DNA of 64,000 nt, taken from positions 27,430-91,429 of the forward strand of contig JANRIL010000030.1 in NCBI GenBank assembly GCA_033764955.1, given 5' to 3'. The position numbers and the translations under genes were made by a program. The notes beneath the pieces were generated by a model that searched no databases, had not been told where the DNA came from, and saw only the letters and a list, made by a program, of their open reading frames with translations. This DNA is from Cyanobacteriota bacterium (GTDB lineage Bacteria > Cyanobacteriota > Cyanobacteriia > Thermostichales > Thermostichaceae). Numbering within the stretch: position 1 is the stretch's first letter; every line of letters begins with the position of its first letter. Below, in pieces: positions 41,012 to 52,592 of this stretch.

Positions 41012-41243
41012 GCTTCCTCCTATCCCCGAAAGACGCGGCTCTCTCCCACCAGATCTTTTCAGATCTTTGCTTGAATGAATATCAGTCTAGTGCCTGTTGC
41101 CCAACTCCCACCGAGAAGCGCGAGGGATGGCGGGGTAGTCAGGAATTCCCCCGGATCCCTCTGGAGATCTGAGGTGGAAGCCAGTTATTGTGAGAAAGAA
41201 CTACAAAAGTTCACATTTTTGGGTTGTTTTGGGGTGGGCTGCT

Positions 41244-43166
41244 GTGCAAGAAGACTTTCGCCTGATTCTGGATATTGTGACCGTGTTGGCGGCAGCGACG
41301 GCGGGCGGGATGTTGGCTTCCCTTTTGCGCCAGCCTGTTTTGCTGGGTTACCTGCTGGCGGGGATTCTGGTGGGGCCAACCGGATTGGGCTGGATTAAAG
41401 AACTGGTGCAGGTGGAAACCTTGGCTCAGTTTGGCGTGACATTTTTGTTGTTTACGTTGGGGGTAGAGTTCTCCCTTTCCCAGCTAAAAAAGGTACGCGG
41501 GATTGCCCTGGGTGGGGGAACCTTACAAATTTTGCTGACGATTGTCTTAACTACTCTGTTGGCGGTAGCAACAGGCTGGATGACAACTCCGGTACAGGGT
41601 ATTTTCTTGGGATCCATTTTGTCCCTCTCCTCGACGGCGGTGGTGCTAAAAAGCTTGGCGGAAACCAACCAAACCGAAACCAATCAGGGACAAGCCATGC
41701 TGGGGATCTTGATTGTTCAGGATCTGGCGGTGGGGTTGATGCTGGCGGTTTTGCCCGCGTTGGATCATCCATTGCCCGAACTGGGCTGGGCGGTCAGCAA
41801 AGCCCTCTTGGAAATTGGGCTATTTGGGGCGGGAGCCTTGGCGGCGGGCATCTGGGTGGTTCCCAACTTTTTGCGGTTGCTGGCGCAACGGGAGAGCAAA
41901 GAAATCTTTTTGTTGGGGGTGATTAGCCTCTGTTCGGGGATTGCCCTGCTCACGGATCGCTTGGGCATTTCCAGCGAGATGGGGGCATTTGTGGCTGGAT
42001 TGATGATTTCGGAGGTGGAGTATGCCGACCAAACCCTCGACTATGTGGAACCGCTGCGGGATGTTTTTGCCGCACTGTTTTTCGCCTCGATTGGCATGTT
42101 GATCGATCCGGCCTTTATTGCTGAGCATTTGCCCTTGATTTTGGCGTTAGTGGCGCTGGTTATGGTGGGCAAGTTTTTGATCACCACCCCGCTCACTTAT
42201 CTGTTTAACTACTCCTTCCGTTCGGCAGTATTGGTGGGCTTGGGGTTGAGCCAGATTGGGGAATTCTCTTTTGTGCTGGCTAGCGAAGGGCAATCGTTGG
42301 GACTCGTGTCTCGGCAAACCTACCTGTTGATTGTCAGCACCACAGCAGTCACGCTGTTGGTTACCCCTTTTCTGCTCAAGGCGGCTCCCCGTTTGTTTGA
42401 TCTTCTCCAGCAGGTGCCGGGAATTTCTCCTCTGCTGGTACAGTCGGATAAACCCCGTGAAATAGCCGGCATCCAGGATCCCCGCGCTCATGTGGTGATT
42501 TGTGGCTATGGGGAAATCGGGCGAGATATCGTGCGGCTGTTGCAGTCCCGCAACCAACCGATTTTCGTGATTGATGAATCGGAACGAGCCATTCAACACC
42601 TGCGCCACTCCGGGATCCCTTATCTCTACGGCAATGCCGCCAGTCCACTTGTTTTGGAAAAGGCAGAACTGTTGCAGGCGCGGGCGATGGTGATTGCGAT
42701 TCCTGATCTGATGAGCATTCGCCTCTGTTTGAAACGGGCACGGGAGGTCGCTCCTCATCTGGAAATTATTGTGCGCGCTCCCCACAAAGAGGATATTGAG
42801 CAGCTTTATCAACTGGGTGCCTCTGAGGTGGTTCAACCAGAGTTTGAGGCCAGCCTGGGTCTGTGCAGCCATCTTTTAAGGGAGTTAGGCGAGCCTTTGC
42901 CCCTCATTCAACAGGAAATGATGACCATTCGGGATAGCCATTATGCCGACCTGCGTCCTTTACGTCCCAGTTGTTTGATTCGCCCTCTGCCGGTTGTGCC
43001 CACCACCCCTGAGTTGGGGTTATCTGGCTCGGAAGGGGGATCCCTCTCCCTAGCGGTAGTGGAGGCTAGCAATATTCCGTGGTGGGAGGCTTGGCATCTC
43101 GCCCATCGGCAGTCTCTCAACCTGACCAGTTTGGAGCGGGAGGTCGAACATCGCTATGCCAGTTGA
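41244..43166 (+). CDS. CPA2 cation:proton antiporter with KTN/TrkA-N domain
   Basis: LSSTAVVLK and QIGEFSFVL motifs; CGYGEIG Rossmann; start placed at GTG 41244. Confidence 0.93.
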   Translation: MQEDFRLILDIVTVLAAATAGGMLASLLRQPVLLGYLLAGILVGPTGLGWIKELVQVETLAQFGVTFLLFTLGVEFSLSQLKKVRGIALGGGTLQILLTIVLTTLLAVATGWMTTPVQGIFLGSILSLSSTAVVLKSLAETNQTETNQGQAMLGILIVQDLAVGLMLAVLPALDHPLPELGWAVSKALLEIGLFGAGALAAGIWVVPNFLRLLAQRESKEIFLLGVISLCSGIALLTDRLGISSEMGAFVAGLMISEVEYADQTLDYVEPLRDVFAALFFASIGMLIDPAFIAEHLPLILALVALVMVGKFLITTPLTYLFNYSFRSAVLVGLGLSQIGEFSFVLASEGQSLGLVSRQTYLLIVSTTAVTLLVTPFLLKAAPRLFDLLQQVPGISPLLVQSDKPREIAGIQDPRAHVVICGYGEIGRDIVRLLQSRNQPIFVIDESERAIQHLRHSGIPYLYGNAASPLVLEKAELLQARAMVIAIPDLMSIRLCLKRAREVAPHLEIIVRAPHKEDIEQLYQLGASEVVQPEFEASLGLCSHLLRELGEPLPLIQQEMMTIRDSHYADLRPLRPSCLIRPLPVVPTTPELGLSGSEGGSLSLAVVEASNIPWWEAWHLAHRQSLNLTSLEREVEHRYAS

Positions 43167-43698
43167 GGGATCCCCTGGGTTGACCCTAGATTTTTTGCGT
43201 CATGGCATCGCTACCGATCCCCAACCGGATCAGGAGGATGAGTTACGAAGCCTAACCCCAGCGGGAGAAAAGCGCACCCGCCAAGTCGCTCAGCGCCTGA
43301 AGAGACTGGGATGGCAATGGCCCATAGTATTGACAAGTCCGTTGCGGCGCGCCCAGCAAACCGCTACCATTTTCCAGGAGGAAACCCTCACCCCCAGCGT
43401 AGAAATCTTTCATCCCCTGGCTCCGGGCGGGCGGTTTCATGATTTAGAGATCTGGATGCAGCAGCATCCTGAACTGACTGGCTTCGCGGTGGTAGGTCAT
43501 CAGCCGGATCTAAGCCGCTGGATTCTTTCCGCCCTGCTGGGGGATCCCATTCCTGGAGAGTCTGCTATCTCAGAAGGGATCCTTCTCAAAAAGGCCGGAC
43601 TGGCTCGGGTGGAGTTTAGGGAAGGCCGTCATCAGCCAGGACAACTCTCCCTGCTCCTCACGCCCAAAGTTTTGTTGGACGACTTGGATTCGCGGTGA
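43156..43698 (+). CDS. sixA: Phosphohistidine phosphatase SixA
   Basis: LRHGIA, TSPLRRAQQTA and VGHQPDL motifs. Confidence 0.9.
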   Translation: MPVEGSPGLTLDFLRHGIATDPQPDQEDELRSLTPAGEKRTRQVAQRLKRLGWQWPIVLTSPLRRAQQTATIFQEETLTPSVEIFHPLAPGGRFHDLEIWMQQHPELTGFAVVGHQPDLSRWILSALLGDPIPGESAISEGILLKKAGLARVEFREGRHQPGQLSLLLTPKVLLDDLDSR

Positions 43699-43836
43699 GG
43701 AGAGGACATCCACCCCATCCACAGCCAGATAGAAAAGTTGTTTCGGATCGCAGACGAATTGATTTTTGATTGAAAATGACCTGCATTCCAGGATGGTGAC
43801 ACGATTGGCTAAAGTGGAGGGAAGGATCCCAGTTCA

Positions 43837-45621
43837 ATGCCCCTTTCATCCTGGGATAACCCTCGCATCGTGACTGCTTCTTTACCCGTAGAAACCACCT
43901 TTCACTCCGTTCCAGAAGCCCTCGACGATCTGAAATCCGGTCGCGTGATCATCGTGGTGGATGATGAGAACCGAGAGAATGAAGGCGATCTGATTTGTGC
44001 TGCCCAGTTTGCCACCCCCCAGATCATTAACTTTATGGCGATGGAGGCACGCGGCTTAATTTGTCTGTCCATGCAGGGGGAACGCCTAGACGAACTGCGG
44101 ATCCCGTTGATGGTGGGGCACAACACCGATAGTAACCAAACCGCCTTTACGGTGAGTGTGGATGCCGCCCCTCATTTTGGGGTTTCTACGGGCATCTCGG
44201 CAGCGGATCGCTCCAAGACTATCCAGGCAATCATCCACCCCAAAACCCAGCCGGAGGATTTGCGCCGTCCCGGACATATTTTTCCTCTGCGCGCCCGTGA
44301 TGGCGGGGTGTTGAAGCGGGCTGGTCATACGGAGGCGGCGGTGGATTTGGCGATCTTGGCGGGACTTTATCCCGCCGGAGTCATCTGTGAAATTCAAAAT
44401 CCCGATGGCACGATGGCTCGCCTACCGGAGTTGGTGGAATACGGTAAAAAGCACGACCTAAAAATTATCACGATTGCCAGCCTGATTGAATATCGCTTAC
44501 AAAACCAACGTTTTGTCCACCGCGAGTCGATTGCCCGTCTCCCCAGTGAGTTTGGAGAATTTCAGGTGTATGGCTACCGTGACACCCTCGATCAGGCTGA
44601 ACATTTGGCGATTGTCAAAGGGGATCCCAGCCTTTTTTCAACCCAGGAGGTGTTGGTGCGGGTTCATTCCGAATGTCTGACCGGAGATGCCTTGGGATCC
44701 CTGCGCTGCGATTGCCGCCGCCAATTGGAAACCGCTTTGAAAATGATTGAATATCAGGGGCGTGGAGTGGTGCTCTATCTGCGTCAAGAGGGGCGGGGCA
44801 TCGGGCTCCTCAACAAACTCAAAGCCTATTCGTTGCAAGATATGGGGCTAGACACCGTGCAGGCCAACGAACACTTGGGATTTGCCCCCGATCTGCGAAA
44901 TTATGGGGTGGGGGCACAAATTTTGCGCGATTTGGGCATTCATCGGATGCGCTTAATTACCAACAATCCCCGCAAGATCAGTGGATTAAAAGGGTTTGGC
45001 CTGGAGTTGGTGGAGCGAGTGCCGCTTTTGGTGGAGGAGAACGATTTCAACACCCGCTACCTCCATACCAAAGCCCTCAAATTAGGCCACCTCATGCTAC
45101 AAACTCGTCTGTTGACGGTGGCGCTTTATCCCCAATCGGTGAGCGAGTCTGAGGAGGGATCCCTGCGCCCTTCCCTACAAAATGCCCTCTGGATGGAAAA
45201 ACTGCGCCGTTGGGCTGCCGCTGACCATCTGTTGGTGCAGGAGGATAGCCGTCCCCTAGTGGCGGCTGTTTTTGGCAATGACGCCGTTGTGGCTCATGTG
45301 GGTTTGGCAGAGTCCACTCCCTCCGGGATCCCGTGGTATGAGGGAGGAGAGGCCGTTTATAGCTATCAGCAAACCCTGCTTGACCTGCTGATTCGCATCG
45401 CCAAATCCCCCGATCTCAAAGCGATGGCTTGGATGGTTTCAGCCGGCCATCATCCCCTGGAAGGGCTGCGCGGGGATCTGCAAACGCAACCCCAAACCCT
45501 GGCGGAGTTGATACAGTGGCAGAAGGGATCCCTTGGGTCAAGTGGGCAAGCAGGCGACGGGGCGGCTCTGCCTTGGCTTCCTCAAACGATTTATCACCTT
45601 TATTTGGATCAGAGCCTTTGA
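43837..45621 (+). CDS. ribBA: Bifunctional DHBP synthase / GTP cyclohydrolase II
   Basis: [20 protein letters not shown] and [18 protein letters not shown] motifs. Confidence 0.97.
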   Translation: MPLSSWDNPRIVTASLPVETTFHSVPEALDDLKSGRVIIVVDDENRENEGDLICAAQFATPQIINFMAMEARGLICLSMQGERLDELRIPLMVGHNTDSNQTAFTVSVDAAPHFGVSTGISAADRSKTIQAIIHPKTQPEDLRRPGHIFPLRARDGGVLKRAGHTEAAVDLAILAGLYPAGVICEIQNPDGTMARLPELVEYGKKHDLKIITIASLIEYRLQNQRFVHRESIARLPSEFGEFQVYGYRDTLDQAEHLAIVKGDPSLFSTQEVLVRVHSECLTGDALGSLRCDCRRQLETALKMIEYQGRGVVLYLRQEGRGIGLLNKLKAYSLQDMGLDTVQANEHLGFAPDLRNYGVGAQILRDLGIHRMRLITNNPRKISGLKGFGLELVERVPLLVEENDFNTRYLHTKALKLGHLMLQTRLLTVALYPQSVSESEEGSLRPSLQNALWMEKLRRWAAADHLLVQEDSRPLVAAVFGNDAVVAHVGLAESTPSGIPWYEGGEAVYSYQQTLLDLLIRIAKSPDLKAMAWMVSAGHHPLEGLRGDLQTQPQTLAELIQWQKGSLGSSGQAGDGAALPWLPQTIYHLYLDQSL

Positions 45622-45631
45622 GAAGGGCTGT

Positions 45632-46603
45632 TTAGCTGACCCGCTCCAAAATGTATTCGGTGAGAGAGAACAGCGACCGCCGTGCCGGAGAGGGGGCTAG
45701 GATATCAAGGCTGGCGGCGGCTTGGTGGGCATAATCTTTCGCTAGTTGGCGGGAACGGGGGATCCCATTACTCTGGCGCACCCAGGCTACGGCTTGTGCC
45801 AGTTGCTCGGCTTCCGTCAGCTCCGATTCAATCAGATCCCGCAGTTGAGGCATTTCTTCTAGGGCAAACAGAACCGGAGCGGTCAGGTGTCCCTGGGCGA
45901 GATCCGATCCGGCAGGCTTACCCAATACTTCGGTGGTGCTGGTGAAATCCAACAAATCATCGATGATCTGAAAGGCAATCCCTAAGGACTTGCCATAGAT
46001 ATACATAGCTTCCGCCACGGCGGGGCTAGCCTCACTGAGCAAGGCGGCTGCTTTGCCACTGTTGGCAATCAGGGAGGCGGTTTTGAAATAGTTTTTCTCT
46101 AGATAGCGTTCTAGGGTGAGAGAAAGGTCAAACTGGGTGGCACTCTGCAACAGTTCTCCTTCGGCAAAGTCTTTGATCACCTGCGAGAGGAGCTTGACCA
46201 CTTCCAGATTGTCTAGGTTGGCCAAATACCAGGAGGACTGAGCAAACAAAAAGTCACCCGCCAAGACCGCTACGCGGTTGCCAAAATCGGCGTTAACCGT
46301 GGAAACCCCCCGCCGCACCTCCGCTTCGTCAATCACATCATCATGCACCAAGCTAGCGGTATGGATCATTTCGGTGATTTCGGCTAGGCGACGGTGGCGG
46401 ATTGTCAGCTCTCCCCCCAACGCGGTGGCGCGTGCCACCAGCAGCACGATAGCCGGACGGATCCCTTTCCCCCTCACCGCAAATAGGTGCTCCGCTGCCA
46501 GTCCCAAAATCGGGTGTTGGGCACTCACCAGTTGGGTTAAGCTCTGGCGTAGCTGCTCAAGATCCGCTTCGACCGGCCCAAAAGGAGAGAGAACAGAGGT
46601 CAT
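45632..46603 (-). CDS. sds: Solanesyl (polyprenyl) diphosphate synthase
   Basis: EMIHTASLVHDDVID, KTASL and FQIIDDLLD motifs. Confidence 0.93.
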   Translation of the reverse strand: MTSVLSPFGPVEADLEQLRQSLTQLVSAQHPILGLAAEHLFAVRGKGIRPAIVLLVARATALGGELTIRHRRLAEITEMIHTASLVHDDVIDEAEVRRGVSTVNADFGNRVAVLAGDFLFAQSSWYLANLDNLEVVKLLSQVIKDFAEGELLQSATQFDLSLTLERYLEKNYFKTASLIANSGKAAALLSEASPAVAEAMYIYGKSLGIAFQIIDDLLDFTSTTEVLGKPAGSDLAQGHLTAPVLFALEEMPQLRDLIESELTEAEQLAQAVAWVRQSNGIPRSRQLAKDYAHQAAASLDILAPSPARRSLFSLTEYILERVS

Positions 46604-46934
46604 GGTGGCCTAATGAGAGAGATTTACAAAATTTCACAGTTATTCTTTTATTGTAGAACACTCCACCCCTAGCATCGTGTTTACTCATTAGAGATTTTGG
46701 GGAGCCGCCAACCTCAGGGATCCTTAGGGGGCGGGTAGCCCGACCTCAGAAGGTGGCAAATGGAGCCAATGCTCAGCCAGGGGGATCCTCTCGCCAGGAT
46801 CCCGAATCAAACAGCTACGGGTGCAATTGCCCCAGCAGCCCATCTACCCGGTTGAGATAGGACTTGGTCTCAACCCCATCGCTATTCTGTACCATAGGCC
46901 AATCGGATCCCGCTCCCCAACAGTTGGACTCACC

Positions 46935-48485
46935 TCAACCAGCCATTCCCCCCATCCAGAGACCCAACTGCTCTTCGCTGGCTTCCTGAGCCGCCAGTTC
47001 TCCCACGATCTTCCCCTCATGAATCACCAAAATCCGATCCGCTAGGGCTAAGACCTCGTTGAGATCCGCCGAAATCAGCAATACCGCCATCCCCTCATCC
47101 CGTGCCGCCACAATCCGCTGGTGAATCGCCTCAATCGCCCCAATATCTACCCCGCGAGTGGGCTGCGCCGCCACCAAGACCCGTGGCGCACAGGAGAGTT
47201 CCCGCCCCACAATGATCTTTTGGGCATTGCCACCCGAATAGCGACGAGCCGAGAGATCGATGCTACGGGGACGGACATCAAAACTTTCCACCACCTGTTG
47301 AGCTTGCTGGCGGATGGCTACGTTATTAAAAAAGCCCAGCCAGCCCGTGTAACGCTTTTGGCAGTGATCCCCTAAAATCACGTTGTCTCGCGTCGGGAAA
47401 TCGAGGATCAATCCCCGCACATTTCGATCTTCGGGAATATGGCTAAGTCCCCACTCACGGATGCGACGGGAGGACGCCGAGTCAAGGGCCTGCTGCTGGT
47501 AAAAGATCGTCCCCCGATAAGCTCGCAATCCCGTGATGGCCTCGATCACCTCCGTTTGTCCATTACCCTCGATGCCAGCTATCCCGACGATTTCCCCCGC
47601 CCTCACCTGAAAGGAGATCCCCGCCACGGCAGGCTTTTGTTGGGGTCTAGCCACCCAGAGATCCTGCACGCTTAAGAGGACTTCTCCGGGAAGCTTGGCC
47701 TGTTTAGATACGGTCAAATTCACTTCCCGACCTACCATCAGGCGGGCTAACTGCTGGCTGCTGGTTTCGGCGGTGGCCAGGGATCCCACCACTTGACCAT
47801 CCCGAATCACCGTCACGCGATCGGAGAGCTGCAACACTTCGGCTAACTTGTGGCTGATAAAAATGACGGCTCCGCCAGCCGCCGCAAATTTTCGCAGAAA
47901 CGTGAATAAATCGGTAGCTTCTTGGGGGGTGAGAACCGCCGTCGGTTCATCCAAAATCAGGATACGCGCCTGTCGATAAAGGGTTTTGAGAATTTCCACC
48001 CGTTGCTGCAACCCCAAGGGTAAATCAGCGATGCGGGCGTCGGGATCCAAGTTGAACCCCAACTCGCGGATCAACTGACTGACCTGGGCATGAGCCTGCC
48101 GATAGTCGAGGGTGAGACCTTGACGGGGTTCGGATCCCAAAATGACGTTTTCCACCACGGTCAAGGGATCCACCAGCATGAAGTGTTGATGCACCATGCC
48201 AATACCCAGGCGAATGGCATCAGTAGGTTGGTGAATCGGCACCACCTGCCCATCCACCACGATCTCCCCCTGATCTGGGCTGACCAAACCATAGACGATC
48301 TTCATAAGGGTGGATTTGCCCGCGCCATTTTCCCCAACCAGTGCCAAAATCTCTCCCCATTTCACCGCCAGGTGAATGTTGTCGTTTGCTAGGACAAGGG
48401 GATAGCGCTTGCTGATGCCACGCAGTTGCAGGGCATACTGACTGGAGTGGGCTTGCCGAGAAGGGGGAGCCAGAGTCATATCCAT
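46935..48485 (-). CDS. ABC transporter ATP-binding protein, sugar/nucleoside (CUT2) type
   Basis: [25 protein letters not shown] and [10 protein letters not shown] motifs; two ATPase halves. Confidence 0.93.
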   Translation of the reverse strand: MDMTLAPPSRQAHSSQYALQLRGISKRYPLVLANDNIHLAVKWGEILALVGENGAGKSTLMKIVYGLVSPDQGEIVVDGQVVPIHQPTDAIRLGIGMVHQHFMLVDPLTVVENVILGSEPRQGLTLDYRQAHAQVSQLIRELGFNLDPDARIADLPLGLQQRVEILKTLYRQARILILDEPTAVLTPQEATDLFTFLRKFAAAGGAVIFISHKLAEVLQLSDRVTVIRDGQVVGSLATAETSSQQLARLMVGREVNLTVSKQAKLPGEVLLSVQDLWVARPQQKPAVAGISFQVRAGEIVGIAGIEGNGQTEVIEAITGLRAYRGTIFYQQQALDSASSRRIREWGLSHIPEDRNVRGLILDFPTRDNVILGDHCQKRYTGWLGFFNNVAIRQQAQQVVESFDVRPRSIDLSARRYSGGNAQKIIVGRELSCAPRVLVAAQPTRGVDIGAIEAIHQRIVAARDEGMAVLLISADLNEVLALADRILVIHEGKIVGELAAQEASEEQLGLWMGGMAG

Positions 48486-48527
48486 ATCGTCTATCGAAAA
48501 GCGAGAAGGAAAAACAAGCCAAACGAG

Positions 48528-51500
48528 TTAGGCATAGCGGGGGGGCAGGAGAGGGGATTGTTGGTTGTGGCGGAGCAGTTCCCCCACCTCAGGGGCAGGC
48601 AGGGGTCGGCTAAACCAATAGCCCTGAATTTCATCGCAATCCAACTGACGCAACAGTTCATATTGCTCTTGGGTTTCGACTCCTTCCGCAATCACTTTTA
48701 AGCCCAAACCATTACCCAGGGCAATCACAGTGCTGACAATCGCCATATCACGGGTATCACGGGCTAAAGAATGGACAAAGGAACGGTCAATTTTTAGGGT
48801 ATCGATGGGAAATTGCTTCAAATAGTTGAGGGAACTGTAGCCTGTGCCAAAGTCGTCAATGGCAATCTGGGTGCCCATTGCTTTCAGTTCTTGCAGCCAG
48901 CGGATGGTTTGAGAGGCATCTTGCATCGCCAGACTCTCGGTCACCTCCAGCTCCAAGTGGTGGGAAGGCAGCCCAGTTTCTATTAAAATTTGTTGAATAT
49001 TGTTGACCAGTTGGGGCTGTTGAAACTGACGAACGGACAAATTGACAGCAATCCCCAGGGATCCAAAACCCACTTCGTGCCAAGCCACCACCTGTTGGCA
49101 AGCCTGCCGCAAAACCAGTTCGCCCAGAGGGATGATCAGACCATTATCCTCGGCCAACGGGATGAACCGACCGGGGGGAACCAGGCCCAGTTCGGGATGC
49201 TGCCAGCGCACCAATGCCTCCAGGCAGGTAATCCGTCCGCTTTGCAGGTTGACCAAGGGTTGAAAGTAGACGACAAATTCCTGCCGCTCTAGGGCGCGGT
49301 GCAGGCTATTGCCCAGGCTGAGCAGCTCGGAAGCCTGGGAACTAAAGTCGGAGGTGTAGAACTGAAAGTGACTGCGGTTTTGGTCTTTGGCGCGATAAAG
49401 TGCCGCATCAGCGTGCTTGATCAGGGTTTCGGCTTGGTCTCCATCCTGCGGATAAAGCGCAATGCCAATGCTGCCCGTGACAAATAATTCGTGACCGTCG
49501 ATCAGAGTGGGCGGTTTCAGGGATTGCAAAATGGTTTCGGCGGCTTTGCTAACCGCCTCCGGTGAGGGCACCTGGGTCAACAGCACCGTAAATTCGTCCC
49601 CTCCCCAGCGAGCCACCGTATCGTGGGGAGATAAGCACTGCCCCAAACGCCGCGCCATCTCAATCAGCAGGCTATCGCCGACGGTGTGCCCCAGGCTGTC
49701 GTTGACCATCTTAAAGCGATCCAGATCCAGAAAAAGTACCGCCATTTGGCGGTGGTGCTGTTCCGCTTCCGCTAAAGCTTTCCTCAATTTCTCCGCAAAC
49801 CACAGCCGATTGGGTAGCGTGGTCAAAGGATCCCGGCGAGCCTGATAATACATCTGATCCTGCGACTGTTGGCGTTCGATGGCGGATCCCAAGCTACCGG
49901 CCAGAGCGGTCAACACCGACTCTTCTCCCTTAAAGCACAAACGGTTGGCTTGACAGGCCAAACAGGAGATAAATCCCCAAAGCTGGCTAGCCACCAGGAT
50001 AGGGCTGATCAACACAGATCCATAGGCGCGGGGGTGGAAAATCACCTGTTGCTCAGGGGGCAGATGCTCCAAAGTGGCGGTGATAGGGGATCCCGATCCG
50101 AGGGTGGTATACCAATCGGCAAACAGAGGCAGAATGGGAAAATCAAGCAGCCTATGACTGCCCTCCTCCTCAGGCTGAGCCGTCCACAGATAGCGACGGT
50201 GACAAAGCGGGGAGAGACGGCTGGGATCCTCCTGCAATTGGTAGAGAGCCACCCGATCCATCGCCGCCGCCTGGCCGACAATCTCTAAAACCTGTTGCAT
50301 AGCGGTGGGCAAATCACGGCAGGTGAGCAGCACATGGGTGGCTTCGGCAGCTCCCTGCAAAAGGCTGTCCCGCTGTCGCAGTTCCACCTCGGATTGTTTC
50401 CGCTTGCTGATATCTTCCACCGTACCCTCAAACCCAATCATGGCTCCACTGGGATCATGTACGGGTCGCGCACATTCAGAGATCCAGATTTTGTGCCCAG
50501 CGCGGTGATACACCTCCGACTCAAAGCCCATTACCATTCCCTCTGCCCGAATGCGTTGGGTAAAGGTTTGCCAGCGCTGCGGATCGACATAAAGCTGCTG
50601 ACTAGTGGGCACCGATTGCATGAGCGCTTCTGGGCTGTCGTACCCCAAAATTTTGGCGAGCATGGGGTTGGCCGTCAGCAATTGCCCATGAATATTGGAT
50701 TGAAAAATTCCCTCCACTGCATTCTCAAAAATGCTGCGGTACTTGGCCTCGGCCTGCCGCAGGGCTTCTTCCACTTGCACACGGCGTGTGATGTCTCGAT
50801 AGGTGCCTAGCACGCCCACCACCTCTCCGGCGGCATTCCAAAGGGGAACTTTGTTGATGGAAACCCAGGCGCGATTGCCATCCGCCATTACCATTTCCCA
50901 GAGATCATAGGAAATGGGTTGCTGGCTAGCGAGAACCTGCTGATCATAGTCCCGAAAGGCTTCCTGTTGGTGGGGTAACCAGCCCAGATCCAAATCTGTT
51001 TTGCCGACCACATGGGCGGGGGAGGGCAGCCCCATATCTTGAGCGGCCACCTGATTACAGCCCACATAGACCAGATGGCGATCTTTCCAAAAAATCGCCT
51101 GGGGGATATTGTCCATGACGAGGCGCAACATCTGCTGGGATCCCTGTAACGCCTCCAAAGCCTGCTGCCGTTCAGTGATGTCTTCCACCATGCCAAAGCT
51201 AAATAGGGGCTGATTCTGGCTATCGCGCACCAAGGAGACCGTTAGCCGTCCCCAGAAAATCTGCCCATCCCGCCGCAAAAATCGTTTCTCCAGTTGATAG
51301 GAATGGCGCTGCCCACTAGCTAGTTCTTCATAGAGAGCCAGTTCTTGGGGCAAATCCTCAGGATGGGTAAACCGAGCAAAGGGTTGGGTCTGTAGCTCCC
51401 CTCCCGAATAGCCCAGCATGGCCAGCATGGCCGGATTGCAGTCTACGACTTCTCCCTTCAGGTTGGTGACTTTGATGCCGATGGCGGCTCGTTCAAAGAG

Positions 51501-52385
51501 GGCACGAAAGTGGGATTCACTGTTGCGTAGGGTTTGTTGAATCTGTTGCAGTTGGCTGATATCCGTACCCACCCAGGCACTCCCCAGCCATTCCTCATGG
51601 TCTTGGATGGTGGAGAGAGTGAGCCAGATCGTGCGGGATCCCTCCGCTTGGGGGAACTGAACTTGGTCTGACCAGGGTTGTCTCTGCTGGAGCGCCCGCC
51701 CAATAGCCTGCCGCTGGTCAGGGGTGAAGGGCAGCAAATCCATCAGGGGTTCTCCCAAAACCTCATCCCGCATCAACCCGCAGAGGGTTTGGGCATAACC
51801 ATTGCAGAAGGTGATCTCTCCGGTTTCGTTGGTCACTATCACGGCATTGTCTAGACGCTCTAAAATCTCGTTTTGCAGTTTGAGGGAGCGCAGTTGTTTG
51901 TTGAGTTGAGCGGTGCGTACCCGTACCTGGCGATCCAGTTCTGCCGTGAGAAACGTGCTAGCAGCAGGAGCTTCTGGAGAGACGGAAATCGGCAAAATGC
52001 CCAGAATATAGCGACCTTGGGGGATATCCATCGGCAGCAAGCGGATGGGCAACGCAGAGGTGGAAAGCAACAGGCTAGCGGTTAGGGGTTGTGGATCGTG
52101 CCAGCATTGCCAGAAAAGGGGGCGCAGGGTTTCCACGCAGTCGCTAGGCCAGAGATCCGACAGCCAGCCTTGTTGGGGTGGACTGTCCGGGATCCCTAAG
52201 CAATGGCAGGTGGCGGTATTCTGAACTGCGATCCAAAACTCTCCTACGGGCTGCCGATCCGTGACGTGGAGCGTGATCAAAAATATCCCATCCGTGATTT
52301 TTTCAACGATCTGCCCTAATAGTTCAGGGGTGAGTGGGGCAGCTTCCTGGAATGGCGGAGGGGAAGAGGATTTAACCAACTCCAT
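48528..52385 (-). CDS. Multi-PAS/GAF diguanylate cyclase-phosphodiesterase (GGDEF-EAL)
   Basis: About 4 PAS/PAC domains, GAF, intact GGDEF, EAL and DDFGTGYSS motifs. Confidence 0.95.
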   Translation of the reverse strand: MELVKSSSPPPFQEAAPLTPELLGQIVEKITDGIFLITLHVTDRQPVGEFWIAVQNTATCHCLGIPDSPPQQGWLSDLWPSDCVETLRPLFWQCWHDPQPLTASLLLSTSALPIRLLPMDIPQGRYILGILPISVSPEAPAASTFLTAELDRQVRVRTAQLNKQLRSLKLQNEILERLDNAVIVTNETGEITFCNGYAQTLCGLMRDEVLGEPLMDLLPFTPDQRQAIGRALQQRQPWSDQVQFPQAEGSRTIWLTLSTIQDHEEWLGSAWVGTDISQLQQIQQTLRNSESHFRALFERAAIGIKVTNLKGEVVDCNPAMLAMLGYSGGELQTQPFARFTHPEDLPQELALYEELASGQRHSYQLEKRFLRRDGQIFWGRLTVSLVRDSQNQPLFSFGMVEDITERQQALEALQGSQQMLRLVMDNIPQAIFWKDRHLVYVGCNQVAAQDMGLPSPAHVVGKTDLDLGWLPHQQEAFRDYDQQVLASQQPISYDLWEMVMADGNRAWVSINKVPLWNAAGEVVGVLGTYRDITRRVQVEEALRQAEAKYRSIFENAVEGIFQSNIHGQLLTANPMLAKILGYDSPEALMQSVPTSQQLYVDPQRWQTFTQRIRAEGMVMGFESEVYHRAGHKIWISECARPVHDPSGAMIGFEGTVEDISKRKQSEVELRQRDSLLQGAAEATHVLLTCRDLPTAMQQVLEIVGQAAAMDRVALYQLQEDPSRLSPLCHRRYLWTAQPEEEGSHRLLDFPILPLFADWYTTLGSGSPITATLEHLPPEQQVIFHPRAYGSVLISPILVASQLWGFISCLACQANRLCFKGEESVLTALAGSLGSAIERQQSQDQMYYQARRDPLTTLPNRLWFAEKLRKALAEAEQHHRQMAVLFLDLDRFKMVNDSLGHTVGDSLLIEMARRLGQCLSPHDTVARWGGDEFTVLLTQVPSPEAVSKAAETILQSLKPPTLIDGHELFVTGSIGIALYPQDGDQAETLIKHADAALYRAKDQNRSHFQFYTSDFSSQASELLSLGNSLHRALERQEFVVYFQPLVNLQSGRITCLEALVRWQHPELGLVPPGRFIPLAEDNGLIIPLGELVLRQACQQVVAWHEVGFGSLGIAVNLSVRQFQQPQLVNNIQQILIETGLPSHHLELEVTESLAMQDASQTIRWLQELKAMGTQIAIDDFGTGYSSLNYLKQFPIDTLKIDRSFVHSLARDTRDMAIVSTVIALGNGLGLKVIAEGVETQEQYELLRQLDCDEIQGYWFSRPLPAPEVGELLRHNQQSPLLPPRYA

Positions 52386-52592
52386 GTTGAGGGATCCGAC
52401 AGCGTTGATGTAGACAGTCTGCTCAGCTAAACATAAGACAACCGCTCAATTGGCACCAAATGACACACAATGGGTGGATTTTCAACCCATGAAGCAGGAT
52501 TGAGTCTGTTTTGAAGGATGATCAGCCACGCTTGCCAAAGGTTGATGATTATTGATTGTAGGAGATTGTTCAATGGACAAGGAGATTTTGTA

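Noticed and set aside
46700..46880. 6S RNA, SAM or cobalamin riboswitch
   Set aside because: Only superficial fragments; the conserved core motifs could not be matched.
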